From Octopus sinensis (lineage: Eukaryota), in contig NC_043008.1 of NCBI RefSeq assembly GCF_006345805.1, positions 48,050,001 to 48,114,000 on the forward strand: a stretch of DNA of 64,000 bases, in the 5' to 3' direction. The notes below the pieces were generated by a model. That model made no database searches. It was not told where the DNA came from and worked only from the letters and a program-made list of their open reading frames with translations. This document shows, one piece after another, positions 1 to 12,640 of the stretch. Within the stretch, counting starts at the first letter, position 1, and every line of letters begins with the position of its first letter. A program made the translations under genes and the position numbers.

Positions 1-135
1 GGCGATTTTATTGAATAAATTTACTCTTTAGTATCTCAAGATATTTTTATGCAATTTTGGTTAAATATATCTGTTAAAATGAGATGTTAGTATTATTTCA
101 ATTTTTGCGTAATTTAGACGACAATATATTCATGA
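1..135 (+). mobile_element. 3' end of a maT/mariner-type DNA transposon, cut by the window edge
   Basis: gcgattttattgaataaatttactc...tttttgcgtaatttagacgacaat closely matches 57939-58060, the 3' end of the element at 57197-58072. Confidence 0.75.
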
Positions 136-136
136 C

Positions 137-180
<44 letters not shown>

Positions 181-182
<2 letters not shown>

Positions 183-333
183 GACGGTCTCCTTTCAGCT
201 CTCATGCACTAAAACCACTCATAAGGTTTTCGTCGATCTACAGTTGAAGATACTTGTCCAAGGTTCCAGGCAATGGGACTGAACCAAGAGCCATGTGGTT
301 GAGAAGTAAATTTCTTAGCACATAGCCATGCCT
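181..333 (-). mobile_element. CORE-like tRNA-derived SINE, 5' part
   Basis: Matches the copy at 58460-58629 (gaagatacttgtccaaggt...gggactgaacc...ccatgtggttg); CORE-like ccttgggcaagt motif on the minus strand. Confidence 0.7.
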
Positions 334-361
334 ATACATACACACATATACATATATTCAT

Positions 362-416
<55 letters not shown>

Positions 417-761
417 AATACTGATAAACATGATTAGCAATACTTAGGCACATGTGCATGACTATACTACAATGAATCTATAGTTTAGAGGTTTTATTCA
501 TATTACATTCTCATATATATATTCCCTCGAGTATTTAAAATATACATGGAATAGTTTTTTAGAACATCGTATCCAAAACCTTTCTGTAGGTCAATGCAAT
601 ATTTACGTATATATATTTAAGAGAAAACCTCCAGACAGACCATCCACCGCAACAGAGCATCACACAACATCAGCCGCAAGGGGAATCTTCATCTAATCCG
701 TTGACGTCAATACTACAATGGATTTTAAAGTATTCTGATATTTCTTCAGACGCAATTAGAT

Positions 762-860
762 TTATATATATGTGTGTGTGTGTGTATATGTATATATATA
801 TTTGTATAAATATGAATATGTATATGTATTTGTATATATATATATCATATATGTAACATT

Positions 861-945
<85 letters not shown>

Positions 946-955
946 GTAATATTTG

Positions 956-1000
<45 letters not shown>

Positions 1001-1090
1001 GTAATATTTGTATATATATATGTGTGTGTTGTGTGTGTGTGTGTGTGTGAGTATGTGTGTGTGTGTGTGTGAGTATGTGTGTGGGTGTAT
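762..1090. repeat. Compound (TA)n/(TG)n microsatellite
   Basis: Direct reading; source of the YIYI/THTH/CVCV ORFs. Confidence 0.95.
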
Positions 1091-1790
1091 ATACGCAATG
1101 TATCTTTGTATATATGTCCATAAAGTGACATGCAAAAACATATAAAATGGATGGTCGTGGACGGAACGCTTTTTACCATATGTATGCTAGATCGGAATTG
1201 ACCTGAGGCGAAACAACAACAACACGACTGATGTAAGTCTTACTACAACTCATCACTCACACTAACATTAGCTGTAGTTCTTCATTATTTGTCTGTGAGA
1301 TAATAAAAGACATATCGATTTCTTTGAACCGAACTTGTCACAGCGCCAAGTTTATCGGGAAAGGATTTCAATGGTTTGAGCCACTGCACCTCATTCAATA
1401 TATTAATGGATGGTTGAATAAAGAAGTTATAGAGACGAAACAAAATAAGTGTCAGCTATTTACTCTGTTAGATATCGTTTCTAAACATCGCATTCGTTTG
1501 TGTCCAGCTTTATTTTTTTTTACTTTTAATATCAGGCAGTTGTGAACAATGGTCCAACAAAGCCGCTGCTTCACTGCATTTCTGATGGTGACATCAATAG
1601 AGAGCCTCTGCGCCTCAGCCATGATAAGCAGCACAAACTATTTTGCTTCGATTCCCCGACTTACCCGCCATTTCTTACCGATACGTATATCTTTTGTCGA
1701 TATGTGTGTGTTTGAATAAGAGTGTGTATACACACATGGAGATACACCCAGACACATGCATGCATACATATGTATGTGTATATATATATA

Positions 1791-1821
<31 letters not shown>

Positions 1822-1877
1822 GTATACATGTGTGTGTGTGTGTGTGTGTGTGTATGTATATATATATATATATATAT

Positions 1878-2185
1878 CACCGTGACGGTGACCGGCCAGG
1901 CTATCAGATGTTGCTACACATCGCTGGTCACAATGCGCTTCGCATTGTTTTAGCCTTCAAATGACGCCACCCCGCTGGCTAAGCGAGCAGGCCAACAGAA
2001 GAAAGAGTGAGAGAAAGTTAAGGCGAAAGAGTGCAGCAGGGATCGCCACCACCCCCTGCCGGAGAATCGTGGAGCTTTAGGTGTTTTCGCTCAATAAACA
2101 CTCACAACGCCCGGTCTAGGAATCGAAACCGTGATCCTACGACCGCGAGTCCGCTGCCCTAACCACTGGATCACTGCGTCTCCAC
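1878..2185 (-). mobile_element. tRNA-derived SINE (~310 bp)
   Basis: Minus-strand head gtggagacgcagtgatccagtggttaggg (A-box like) and ggtttcgattcc (B box); related copies at 17790-18010 and 42600-42800. Confidence 0.85.
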
Positions 2186-2200
2186 ATATATATATATATA

Positions 2201-2465
2201 CATATAATTGCCAACCAATTGTGGCGTCCTATATGGGACAGAGCTACTGGCGTTTATAGCCCCAGGAAGACATCTCTTCCAGCTGGCTAACGACGACGCA
2301 CATTCTGTGTCCGATTAGTATGTGCGACGGGATGTCACCGCTCCCATCGATTCATCGGACACAGAATGTGTGTCGTTAGCCAACTGGAAGAGATGTCTTC
2401 CTGGGGCTATAAACGACAATAGCACTGCCCCATATAGAACAGAACAGTTGGTTGGCAATTATATG
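2201..2465. mobile_element. Palindromic MITE-like foldback element
   Basis: Arms 2201-2315 and 2354-2465 are reverse complements (catataattgccaacc...ctgtgtccgat / atcggacacag...ggttggcaattatatg), with a 38-bp loop and TA at both ends. Confidence 0.8.
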
Positions 2466-2534
2466 CTACGAATCCGTTTTGCTACTGTTTATATCTCACT
2501 GAAAGATTTATATATATATATGTATGTGTGTGTG

Positions 2535-2600
<66 letters not shown>

Positions 2601-2838
2601 GAAGGGAAGAAATGGAGCTGAACGAAGATTCTACAGAATTCCTTTTATTATTTTCTACACATGTTTCAAATAAATATATTCACTAAATATATTAAACTTC
2701 AATTATCCGCGCTAAGGCACGGTTGCGACACCCCAAGGTCGTAACTTCAACCGTGTTTTTTCTGTTGTGATTTTTGCTACACAGGTATCGCTTAAATTTT
2801 GAATAATCCTTAACAAGATAATTCATTTATCCATTTCA

Positions 2839-3135
<297 letters not shown>

Positions 3136-3576
3136 CTCAGAGTCTATATATTGCTTAGAGATACAAGGTGTATTATCAAACCTGCGTAGATACGTTTCCA
3201 CAGCAAGAAACTATGAGTGTGTGCACGTGTGTGTGTGTGTGTGTGTGTATTCATAATGATAGAAAATTTATTCAGTAGCAATTAAGGTATTTTTTTATTT
3301 ATATACAGAGATTAAAAGTCTGAATTTTCTTAAGGCGATTATCGAATACTGCTCAAATCCGTTTTATCTTCTTCTGATTCTACAGCGCGAGACAACACCA
3401 CAAAAGAGAAGAAAGATAAAAGGATTTCTTTCGGAGAATTCTCAAAAATTTCTGTTTTGTGATCTCAAAACAGAAATTTTTTTAAATGACACCCTCAACA
3501 CTTCCCACTAGTTTTTCTATCACTGTTAACATTATAAATATATCTCATTCCACGATACCGAGAACATTTATCCATT

Positions 3577-3800
<224 letters not shown>

Positions 3801-3985
3801 AGATCGTTAGATAGCCACTACACACATTTTTTACCGCTTAGTTCTCTCCTTGTTTTTTCTGTGTCCCTTTCTGTAGAAGAGCGTAGGCTCGAAACGTAAA
3901 ATCCTTTTTCTATTCCTGAGCGTTATACTAATACATCTGTTTGTTTTGACACCACCTATCTTCGTCTTTTGTTTTTTCGTAAACT
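3801..3985 (+). mobile_element. Penelope-like pseudo-LTR remnant with hammerhead-like motif (A6U core)
   Basis: ctgtaga-a-gagc-gtag-gctc-gaa-acgt-a at 3871-3898; same family at 5430-5621, 58118-58222 and 58905-59110. Confidence 0.65.
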
Positions 3986-4044
3986 CTCTCTCTCTCTCTC
4001 ACTCTCTCTCTCTCTCTCTCTCTCACTCTATATATATATATATA

Positions 4045-4082
<38 letters not shown>

Positions 4083-4149
4083 TAGATATAGATATATATA
4101 TAGATATATATATATAGATAGATATAGATATATATATATACAGTTAATT

Positions 4150-4320
4150 CAAACAAGAGCAAGCAAGAAAAACCAACAACGCGAGGACGTGGTACAAGTA
4201 CAGTGTTATTGGACGCTTAGGAAAGGAAAGAAAAGAAAGAAGATTTCACATTTCGAGCGGAGCTCTTCATCAGACATATAGAGAAGTCCAAAGAGGGAAG
4301 ACGGAGAAAGCGGTCACATA
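4150..4320 (-). mobile_element. Penelope-like pseudo-LTR remnant with canonical-core hammerhead motif
   Basis: Minus strand reads ctgatga-a-gagc-tcc-gctc-gaa-atgt (about 4243-4273); stems III and I are decayed; ends in (TA)n. Confidence 0.6.
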
Positions 4321-4332
4321 TTATATAATGTA

Positions 4333-4580
4333 AAATTAGAGAATGGAGTAGATAAAATCCAGGCTACATATGTTTCATGGCTAGCGGAGCATCGAAAGCG
4401 GGGATTACCCTAATGAAGAACTAATCCTCTAGCTACTCGTCGGACCAAAGATTCTTCAATCCAAAGTAACTTTGGCCCCACGACTAGCTAGCAAATTCGC
4501 CTTCGTTTGGATAATTTCCCATGTTCCGCTAGCTATGAAACCTATGTAGCCCGGGTTTTATCTATTCCGTTCCCTAATTT
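4333..4580. mobile_element. Foldback element; arms carry decayed hammerhead-like motifs
   Basis: 4333-4450 is the reverse complement of 4470-4580 with scattered mismatches; 19-bp loop; outward-reading gaa-acatatgt-a-gcc motif. Confidence 0.7.
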
Positions 4581-5056
4581 GAGATTTTTATTCGCATGTA
4601 CAGAAACCGTTGATGCTAACGGTGAACTATAAAATAACTTTTTTCAACACATCGAACTTCAATATGGATAAACTTTACAAACTTTACGTCAATTAACAGT
4701 TATTGTTCCTAAAAATTATTTTCTTATACCTCCCACGGACTACTTGAAGCTTACTAGACTGATTAACACAGTCACTTGGTGTACGGCGAGCCGCTGAGTA
4801 TCGTAACCAGTCATTGAACGATGGTGGAAATATGACGGACCTGTCTCTTGTGTCAGATCTGGATTCTGTTGCTGAAGAGAAGATAACCACTCCGAAATGC
4901 ACGTATCCTACAGTCTGGTTAGGTGGCTATGAGCTGAGTTACTTTATTTACACCTGTTTGTCAACAGCGAGAAATGTTTCCATAACAAAATACGGTGAAC
5001 AGCTTTCTTATACTTTCGAATACACCTGAAGTATATTTCAAATAATAACAAGTTTA

Positions 5057-5113
<57 letters not shown>

Positions 5114-5221
5114 TGATAGAGCCTTCGATGGTTTCTATTCAAAGGGGTTCCTCAAGTGAATATTTACATACTATTATCTGTAGCTTTCTGTGCTTCGAGT
5201 TCTAGTCCCCAAAACTTTATT

Positions 5222-5397
5222 CAGGGTTGGCCAAAACTCACCTGACAGTAAATCAAAACTATTTAATTCCAAGATTTATTTATTTATTTACGACTGAATG
5301 AATTGATAAAGTCATCTACATGTGAAACATCATGAAAGTTGTTCAAACTGAAGTCCTTCTTGAGCGACACATTTTCCCATTCGAGTCAACGCACAAT
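5222..5397 (-). mobile_element. Tc1/mariner transposase C-terminus plus TIR
   Basis: Minus frame RMGKCVAQEGLQFEQLS* resembles the mariner C-terminus; terminal cagggttggccaaaactcacc resembles the TIR at 26137. Confidence 0.7.
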
Positions 5398-5429
5398 TAC
5401 AGATAGCACTTTTTATACGTACAATCAGC

Positions 5430-5621
5430 TACCATGATTGACCGCTAGCAGCAAAAGCTTATTCTTATTCTGTCTCTGTTTATTTCATCGTGTTCCTTTC
5501 TGTTGAAGAGCGTAGGTTCGAAACGTAAAAGACTTTCTCACCTTCCCGAGCGTTAAACTAATACACCTGCTTGTTGTTTATACACTTGTCTTCGTCTTTT
5601 GCTTTTCTGTAAATTTCAACT
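5430..5621 (+). mobile_element. Penelope-like pseudo-LTR remnant with hammerhead-like motif (A6U core)
   Basis: ctgttga-a-gagc-gtag-gttc-gaa-acgt-a-aaagac at 5500-5533; homologous to 3801-3985. Confidence 0.65.
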
Positions 5622-5623
5622 AT

Positions 5624-5664
<41 letters not shown>

Positions 5665-5666
<2 letters not shown>

Positions 5667-6306
5667 ATATAGATGGCTTATTAGCAATTTATAGACGTCA
5701 CTAAAGTGAGAGAGAGTACAAAGTGGTACCAGCATTGCGAGAAATAAGTGTCAAAACGACTCATTAGCCACAAGAGCACTATCTTAAGCTGGCAAGGGAG
5801 ACGGTTGCAGATATAGCCATATCACGTGATTTCGAATTTTATACAGAGCATCAGTGGCTCTTACTGCGTCAAGGGTTAAGCTCAACTCATCTCGTTAACT
5901 TATAAGAAAAGCCGTTGAAAACATATACTGGTTTCAAAAATCTTCTGTCACTTTAGTGACGTCAATAAATTTGCCTTTAGGTTGTTACCTTGCTAATGAA
6001 CCACACATATTATTTATAATTTTCACTCCTACCGTTTTTGAAATCAGCACATGTCTCCAACGGTTTTTCTTATAAGTTGACGTGGTCAGTTGAGCTTAAC
6101 TCTAGGCGCAGTAAGAGCCACTGATGAGAAATAAGATTCTCTGCATCAAAATTCGAAATCACATGTAATCGTTATATCTGCCACCGTAGAGAGCTTTGTC
6201 TCCCTTGTCAGCTTATTAAGATAGTGCTCTTGTCATTGATGTGTCATTTTGACTCTTATGTCTAGCAATGCTGGTACCACTTTGTACCCTCTGTCACTTT
6301 CGTGAC

Positions 6307-6308
<2 letters not shown>
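5665..6308. mobile_element. Inverted pair plus partial tandem of a hammerhead-bearing Penelope-like pseudo-LTR/retrozyme unit
   Basis: Arms 5695-5940 and 6035-6308 are reverse complements; extra terminal copy at 5945-5962; HHR motifs at 5815-5859 (-) and 6116-6175 (+). Confidence 0.75.
5815..5859 (-). ncRNA. Type I minimal hammerhead ribozyme motif (this copy damaged at A9/stem II)
   Basis: AGCCA-CUGAUG..UUC-GAA-AUCACGUGAU-A-UGGCU: 5-bp stem I, palindromic stem III; intact CUGAUGA in the sister arm at 6121-6127. Confidence 0.65.
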
Positions 6309-6383
<75 letters not shown>

Positions 6384-7625
6384 TGTATGCATGTATATAT
6401 ATATATACATACATGCACACATACATATTTACAGACATACAGATTCAGACATGCATACATTCATACATGCACACACACATACATGCATATACACATACGC
6501 TCACACTTTCTGTCTTTGAAATAAATACGTAGGGATTTACTGAATCCGAGATCATGAGAGGAGGAATTTACTTGCATCGATTCTACCTAGGTAGGGGTAG
6601 GGGTAGCTCTTCTGTTAATCACTCCTATTTTATGAACAATATTGATTTCTAACATTGGCTCAATATTGCGAAAATTTAAGAACGCCACAATCGATTAAAG
6701 GGATCCCATAACATGACTGGTAAATATTCTATTCCACTCCACCTCATCACCAACACCATCACGTGGAGAATGGAAGAAAATACCAAGAATTTACACGGCT
6801 TAAACGAAAATACTGTAAAGATGTTATTTTACGCATCTCTTCGTTGAATGATGGCGTTGGGCAGAAAGAATAGTTGAAACCCATTCAGAATACCAAAGGT
6901 TCTAAAACACATTTGTAAATGTGAATGTTTTCGAAGAAATCAGCTTCGTTCAAGTTTACAACCATAATCCAGTGTTTGTGCTTCTATTAAGACCAGTGAG
7001 AGAAACAGTTTATCGCAATCGTCTCACAGTAACTTGTAAGTAATTAAACATGAAAAATATTTCTCTCGTCTCCATAAAACCAAAGCATTTGAGGCGACGA
7101 AAATTGTTTTTCAAAAGAAGAAGGGATTAGGGATAGGAAGTAAAATATATGGAGCTCTTCATAAGGAGCTACTCTACGTACATATACGAGTGTGTGTTTG
7201 TGTGTATCTGTGTGTGTGTGTATCTGTGTGCGTGTGCGTGAGTGTGTGTGCGTCTGTGTGTCTCTCTGTGTGTGCACGTGTGCGTAAGTGTATGCATACT
7301 CGCGCGTGCATGAATGAGTATGTGTGTGTGTGTGTTCTGAGAGTGTAAATAGGTAGTTATTATGAGCAGCAAGGATTAGAATGTATCAATAACCTTTTAT
7401 AAAGACATTCTTCCAGAGGAATGGACGCTGAATAAGAAAGAGATGCCATTTTTTGGACATTCCTAATAACAAAACAAAAACTTAATTGACGTAATGACGT
7501 TACGACTGTAACACAGTTAATTAACTCCCAGTAGATAATCACAGTAGAAGTTGTCGTTTTTGTTGTTTTTTGGTGTTGTTGTTCTTGTTATTGTTACTGT
7601 TATTTAGAATCTACTAAGCTCAAAC

Positions 7626-7815
7626 CAAGGATCAAAAAGTGCCGAACATGACCACTCCGTTCAATTTTCAACCATTGCATATCTATGACTCCATTATCCA
7701 ACTTGTCACGCACCCCTTCCTTTAATTTGATGAAGATTTTCGCAGCCTCATTTGCATATGCCAAAGTATATTGTCCGCTGAATTCTCTGTTGGAAAACTG
7801 CTGTGCTGACGATAC
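7626..7815 (-). CDS. Candidate coding exon of an unidentified gene
   Basis: 63 open codons (VSSAQQFSNREFSGQYTLAYANEAAKIFIKL...) between ag and gt dinucleotides in unique sequence; no family recognised. Confidence 0.25.
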
Positions 7816-8701
7816 CTATTGAGGCAGAAATACGAATCCTTTGCTTTCCTATTTTCTACAGACATTCAGATTGCTTTTTGTTTTTCTTTGACTGCATGTC
7901 AATTTTGAAGAATTTTTCATTGTAGATTTTCCGCCACTTCTTTTAAGTTGATTGCTATTGCCACAAGAAAGAAACTTTAAATAAATCAAGATGCTACCTT
8001 CTTTGGTAAATATTAAATGTTTATTTATCATTATTTCTCTGGTTCATTTACATATGTAAACGTCCGTGAGTGAGCGTGTATGTATGTGTGTGTGTAATCA
8101 AAAGATGGAGCTTCATGAATTGAAATCGAAGCTAGGTTTCCCGTCACCAATTCTTCAAGTGACTGAAGTTGAAAAACTGCCTGACAATATACAAGAAAGA
8201 ATGTTCAGAAATGTAATCAGTCATTAAGATTTTTAATTTTTTAAACAAAATGTGTGTTCGCTAATTCCGATCTTTTGTTCATTGTTGCAATTGGCGTGAT
8301 ATGACATCGTACTTCTTCGAAAGATAAAACCAAACTTTCGGTAGCTATTAATTCAAAGTTATGCGTGTTCTGAAACCGACCAATCGATTTTATAATAGTT
8401 CATATTTTCAGCATTCAACCTTCAAACATATTTGGATAGCAAACTTGTGAGGCGCCTTCCGGAGTCTAATTTTACGCATATCTCCCAAGAATAATTTGAT
8501 CAGCTAAGTACGATGATTAAGCTGACTTTCAACAGCAGGAGCAGGATATCTGATTCGTTTCATAATCTATTATAAAACCGAAATATCTTTACAGCGAGTC
8601 TATAAATTCATATCATTCAGAGTATATTCCACAATCTACATCAGCAGAAAATTTACTTTTGTATATTGACTTATATATACATACATACATACATACATAC
8701 A

Positions 8702-8749
<48 letters not shown>

Positions 8750-8781
8750 CATACATATATATTATATATATATATATATAT

Positions 8782-8867
<86 letters not shown>

Positions 8868-8959
8868 CTGTAACTATATATCTACATAATTATATATTTA
8901 TACGTATATGTACATGTGTGTGTGTGTGTGTGTGTTTGCAAAATTTAGATTCAAATGAA

Positions 8960-9342
8960 TAAGGTACTTAAGTCAGATGCACTAGAATTTTGTACGGTGT
9001 TATCCATATAATTCATGGGGTGATTATAATCAAAGTAAGCAACAAGAATATCTTTGGTAATTTGGTACGATCGTTTCACGCTACATCATTTTATTGAACA
9101 TTGTAAGTATTACATCAGTTTTAAAATGTTGAGCAATCATCATCCATTTATAGAGGTTTTCCATCAATACATATACTTATTTCCATGTTAACTGCTAACA
9201 TTATCAAGAGGGTAGATATACTGAGAGAGAGGTCGATTTGAATGTTAAAACTGATTTAATACTTACAATGTTTAATAAAATGATGTAGTGTGAAACGATC
9301 GTACCAAATTACCGAAGATATTCTTGTTGCTTACTTTGATTA
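8960..9342. mobile_element. Inverted repeat element, probably an inverted Penelope-like pseudo-LTR pair with a one-sided tail
   Basis: ~100-bp arms 9027-9126 and 9243-9342; the ~65 bp left of the left arm is shared with the second copy at 39586-39790; outward gaa-acgatcgt-a motif. Confidence 0.6.
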
Positions 9343-10107
9343 TATATATATATATATATATAAAGTGATAGATTAAGGAATTCATTAAATATGCAGTGTA
9401 TAGCTTCTGTAAATAAACACACACCACTCTCTTGTAGGCTCTCCGTATGATAACAACTAGGAGCAATTGCAACACACATTATCATAAAACAAAAATAAAG
9501 AGAAAATATTAGCAGATAATACATTCATGCTACAAAGAATTTCCCTAAAACAAAATAGACGATTAGTTAGAGGAACAATACTTCTATGATAAGTCTAAGA
9601 TGAAATAAACACACAAACAACAACATACAAACATTATAAACAATATAAACACGTGACTGATGATGTGCAATGCTTATCACATGTGTCTGATGACGTGGAA
9701 CCTAACGGCCAAATTCTGGCGGAAAAGTCTACAGATATAAAGCCGCCCACTAAAAATGGAGCAGTTTAGAAGCCAACACCACTTCATATTCTTATTAAAC
9801 TGGAATATTGCCATGGTGTTAATATGAAATGCTTGAAAGAAAACGTGTTCCTATAAATATGTGTGTGTATAAATGGAAGAGCCGTGTATGTGTGTGCTTG
9901 TTATATCTGAAAAACCGTTTTAAGTAAGGCAGAGAACTGGTCGATCGCATTATTAAAGGCAAGAAGAAGCATAATTTTCAACTTGCTTTAAGATAAAAGT
10001 CAACGAAATTGTAAAATTAGCAAAACTTGCCAGCAATAACATACCTGGAATCTTGAATTTGATTTGGTGTTGTTATAGTCGAACACAATGAGCGTTCACA
10101 AACACAA

Positions 10108-10138
<31 letters not shown>

Positions 10139-10664
10139 TTCACACATATATATGTGTATGTTTGTTTGTTTATGAGCGTGTGCGTGTGTGTATGCAATTG
10201 TGTGTGTTTAGACAGATAGATAGACATAACAACAGGTGTCTTTCGACCAAGGACGAATTAAATTAAGCTGGCGTGTGTGGAAGTAAAGCTTTACGGCAAG
10301 TATACAAGGCACAGGGAGAAATATAGATGTTGCGCGGACAACGGCCGAACCAAGAAAGAAAATCAGGCTTGGCCGAACACCGGTCACATTGGGAGAAAAG
10401 AGAGAGAGGTAGAGGCAAAGGGACAGAAGAAATAAGGAGGGGCGAAAAACTGATAGGGACATAATGACGTGAAAAGAGGAGGGAAAGTGAGTATGAAGAG
10501 AAGGCAATGAAATGTGAGAGGTGGGGAACGATAGAACGAAGAGTGGAATGAACGAAATAAGCGTGATAGGGGCTGATAGAAGAAGGAAAGAATGAAAGAA
10601 TAAGAAAATACATTTAGATAAATATATACTTACATATAAGAGACCAGAGTGTACGTACGCCGCT

Positions 10665-10713
<49 letters not shown>

Positions 10714-11789
10714 GCGGCGTACGTACACTCCAGATTGTGTTATAATACTATTCCACATATACAAAAAACAACCATACCAACAATCCAACATACCTCCATC
10801 ATCAGCTGCCCCACGGATATCACAATGGTTTCGACACCTGCCCAGTACCATTCAATCCGGCGATGTCAACAGCACTAAAATAAGTGTTGTTTGAGAGCAA
10901 ATATACCAATGAAACCACAACTACCCTATGCACAACAGGATCGGTAAATGAATTCAATAAGTAAATCTATAACCAACTCCAAAATATGTAATTAAACAGA
11001 AACCAAACCTTTAAGTCAAATAAAATATATTCCCTACAGTCTTCTATAGTATAATATAAAAGTGAAAGCTTAATAACCGCATTCATTCAATCTAAATACA
11101 GGCAGGATTAAACACTAACTTTAAAATGAAACTACAACAAGCAAACGCATAAATTTATGTACATCTGTATCGGTATTAGTAGTAAACCTACAATAACTAA
11201 ATTATATCCTAAATAACGACCAATCTTTAAGTCCGTACAAATAATAATCCCATCAGTCTTCCATAGTTACTACTATAGTAACAAAAAGTAAAAGCTTTAT
11301 ATTCAATTTTCTCCAAAATAAAACACGACTGAAATTAATTTAATGAACAATATAATTATGAGTGAAATACATAATTTCATAATTCAAAAGTTAATAGTAA
11401 AAACACTACAAACTCATTAATATAGATTAACCCTTACAAGCTTTAATGTAAAATTACCAGTAACTAGTAGAGACATTAAATTTTATTAAATAGGAACTAA
11501 TAAAAGTATACCTGTAATTAACTATTATTATAAAACCTTGCTACGATTAAAACTGCTTAAAAGGTAACAAAACTACAAAGTATTAACACTTACATGTTTT
11601 TTTCAAATCACTTCTAGAACTTAAAAGATTATCTCAACTATTGATGACGTAGTGTGTAATTACTACTTCCTCAGTGGTCTCGAACAATATCGGTGACGTA
11701 GTAAGCAAAAGTGGTGACGTAGTAAGCAAATAACTTGGATCGGAAGCATTCCAAATCTTTACAAATATTTGCTAAGTTGAAGACTAGAT

Positions 11790-12490
11790 ATTACCCCATA
11801 TTTATTTTAAATTTCAAGTGTCCCACCTAAATAGCGATTAAAAGTTTTAACCATGTTTATACTCTGGTTTTATTAAATGTCTTAACAGTTTATTTATTCT
11901 AAACGACAATTTATAAGCAGTGTTAATAATAGCACTATATCTGACTATTTGCCCTGCAAAATCGCCAAAACCAATAAAAGAAGGAATTTTTCTACTGCAC
12001 CATGGCATCGAAGACACTTGGAAACTAAAATCTGTTTTATTATAAATGTCAGTACAAAATTCATTATTATCCTAAATTACTAAATTGGCATCTAAATAAT
12101 TAATATTCCTCACATTGTTACCATTTCTGGTGGCTATAAGCTCACTACGGTATATTTTAATAAGTAAAAATTCAAAGAAAGCATAATTAGGTAAAAAATA
12201 TATCATCTATCTATCTGCAACATCCATTAAGTTTTTTAAGTAAACCAATCTTTTTCCTCGCACATAGGTCTTTAAGAAAAAGGAGCTCGAATGAAGAAAG
12301 ATAAAGGTCTGCCAACAGAGGGCTGAAATTGCCACCCATTGGAATTCCCCTAACCTACTCAAACACCTTACCTAATAAAACTAACCATTTTTTTCATCTT
12401 TCTTTTACTTATGTTCGTATACTCCTTATAACAATTTGACAAGACACCTTTACCTTCAACTAATATTCTAAACAAACTACCTTCCACACA
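11790..12490 (-). pseudogene. Decayed Penelope-like element reverse transcriptase (Naiad/Chlamys-type motifs)
   Basis: Minus translation GKVFE*VRGIPMGGNFSPLLADLYL, R*IDDIF, then INYLDANLVI*DNNEFCTDIYNKTDFSFQVSSMPWCSRKIPSFIGFGDFAGQIVRYS, matching PLE RT palm and thumb motifs; stops and frameshifts present. Confidence 0.8.
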
Positions 12491-12640
12491 TACAGCAGCC
12501 TTCTTATCAGTTTCTGTCTACTACATCCACTCACAAGGCTCGGGGTTCTAGTAGAAGACATTTGACCAAAGTATCACGCAGTGGAACTAAACTCGGAACC
12601 ATGTGGTTGGGAAGCAAGCTTCTTATCACACAGCCAGCCA
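12490..12640 (-). mobile_element. CORE-like SINE, 5' part
   Basis: atccactcacaaggct...gtagaagacatttgaccaaagt...cggaaccatgtggttgggaagcaagc matches 58460-58629. Confidence 0.8.

Noticed and set aside
10920-11640. Mitochondrial insertion (T/G-skewed minus strand)
   Set aside because: No recognisable mitochondrial gene or tRNA on inspection; better explained as the 3' region of the adjacent Penelope-like element.
11645-11675. Hammerhead at minus ctgagga-a-gtagt-aattacac-actac
   Set aside because: Stem II is perfect but GAAA is replaced by GTCA and no stem III or I fits; actacgtca is a local repeat.
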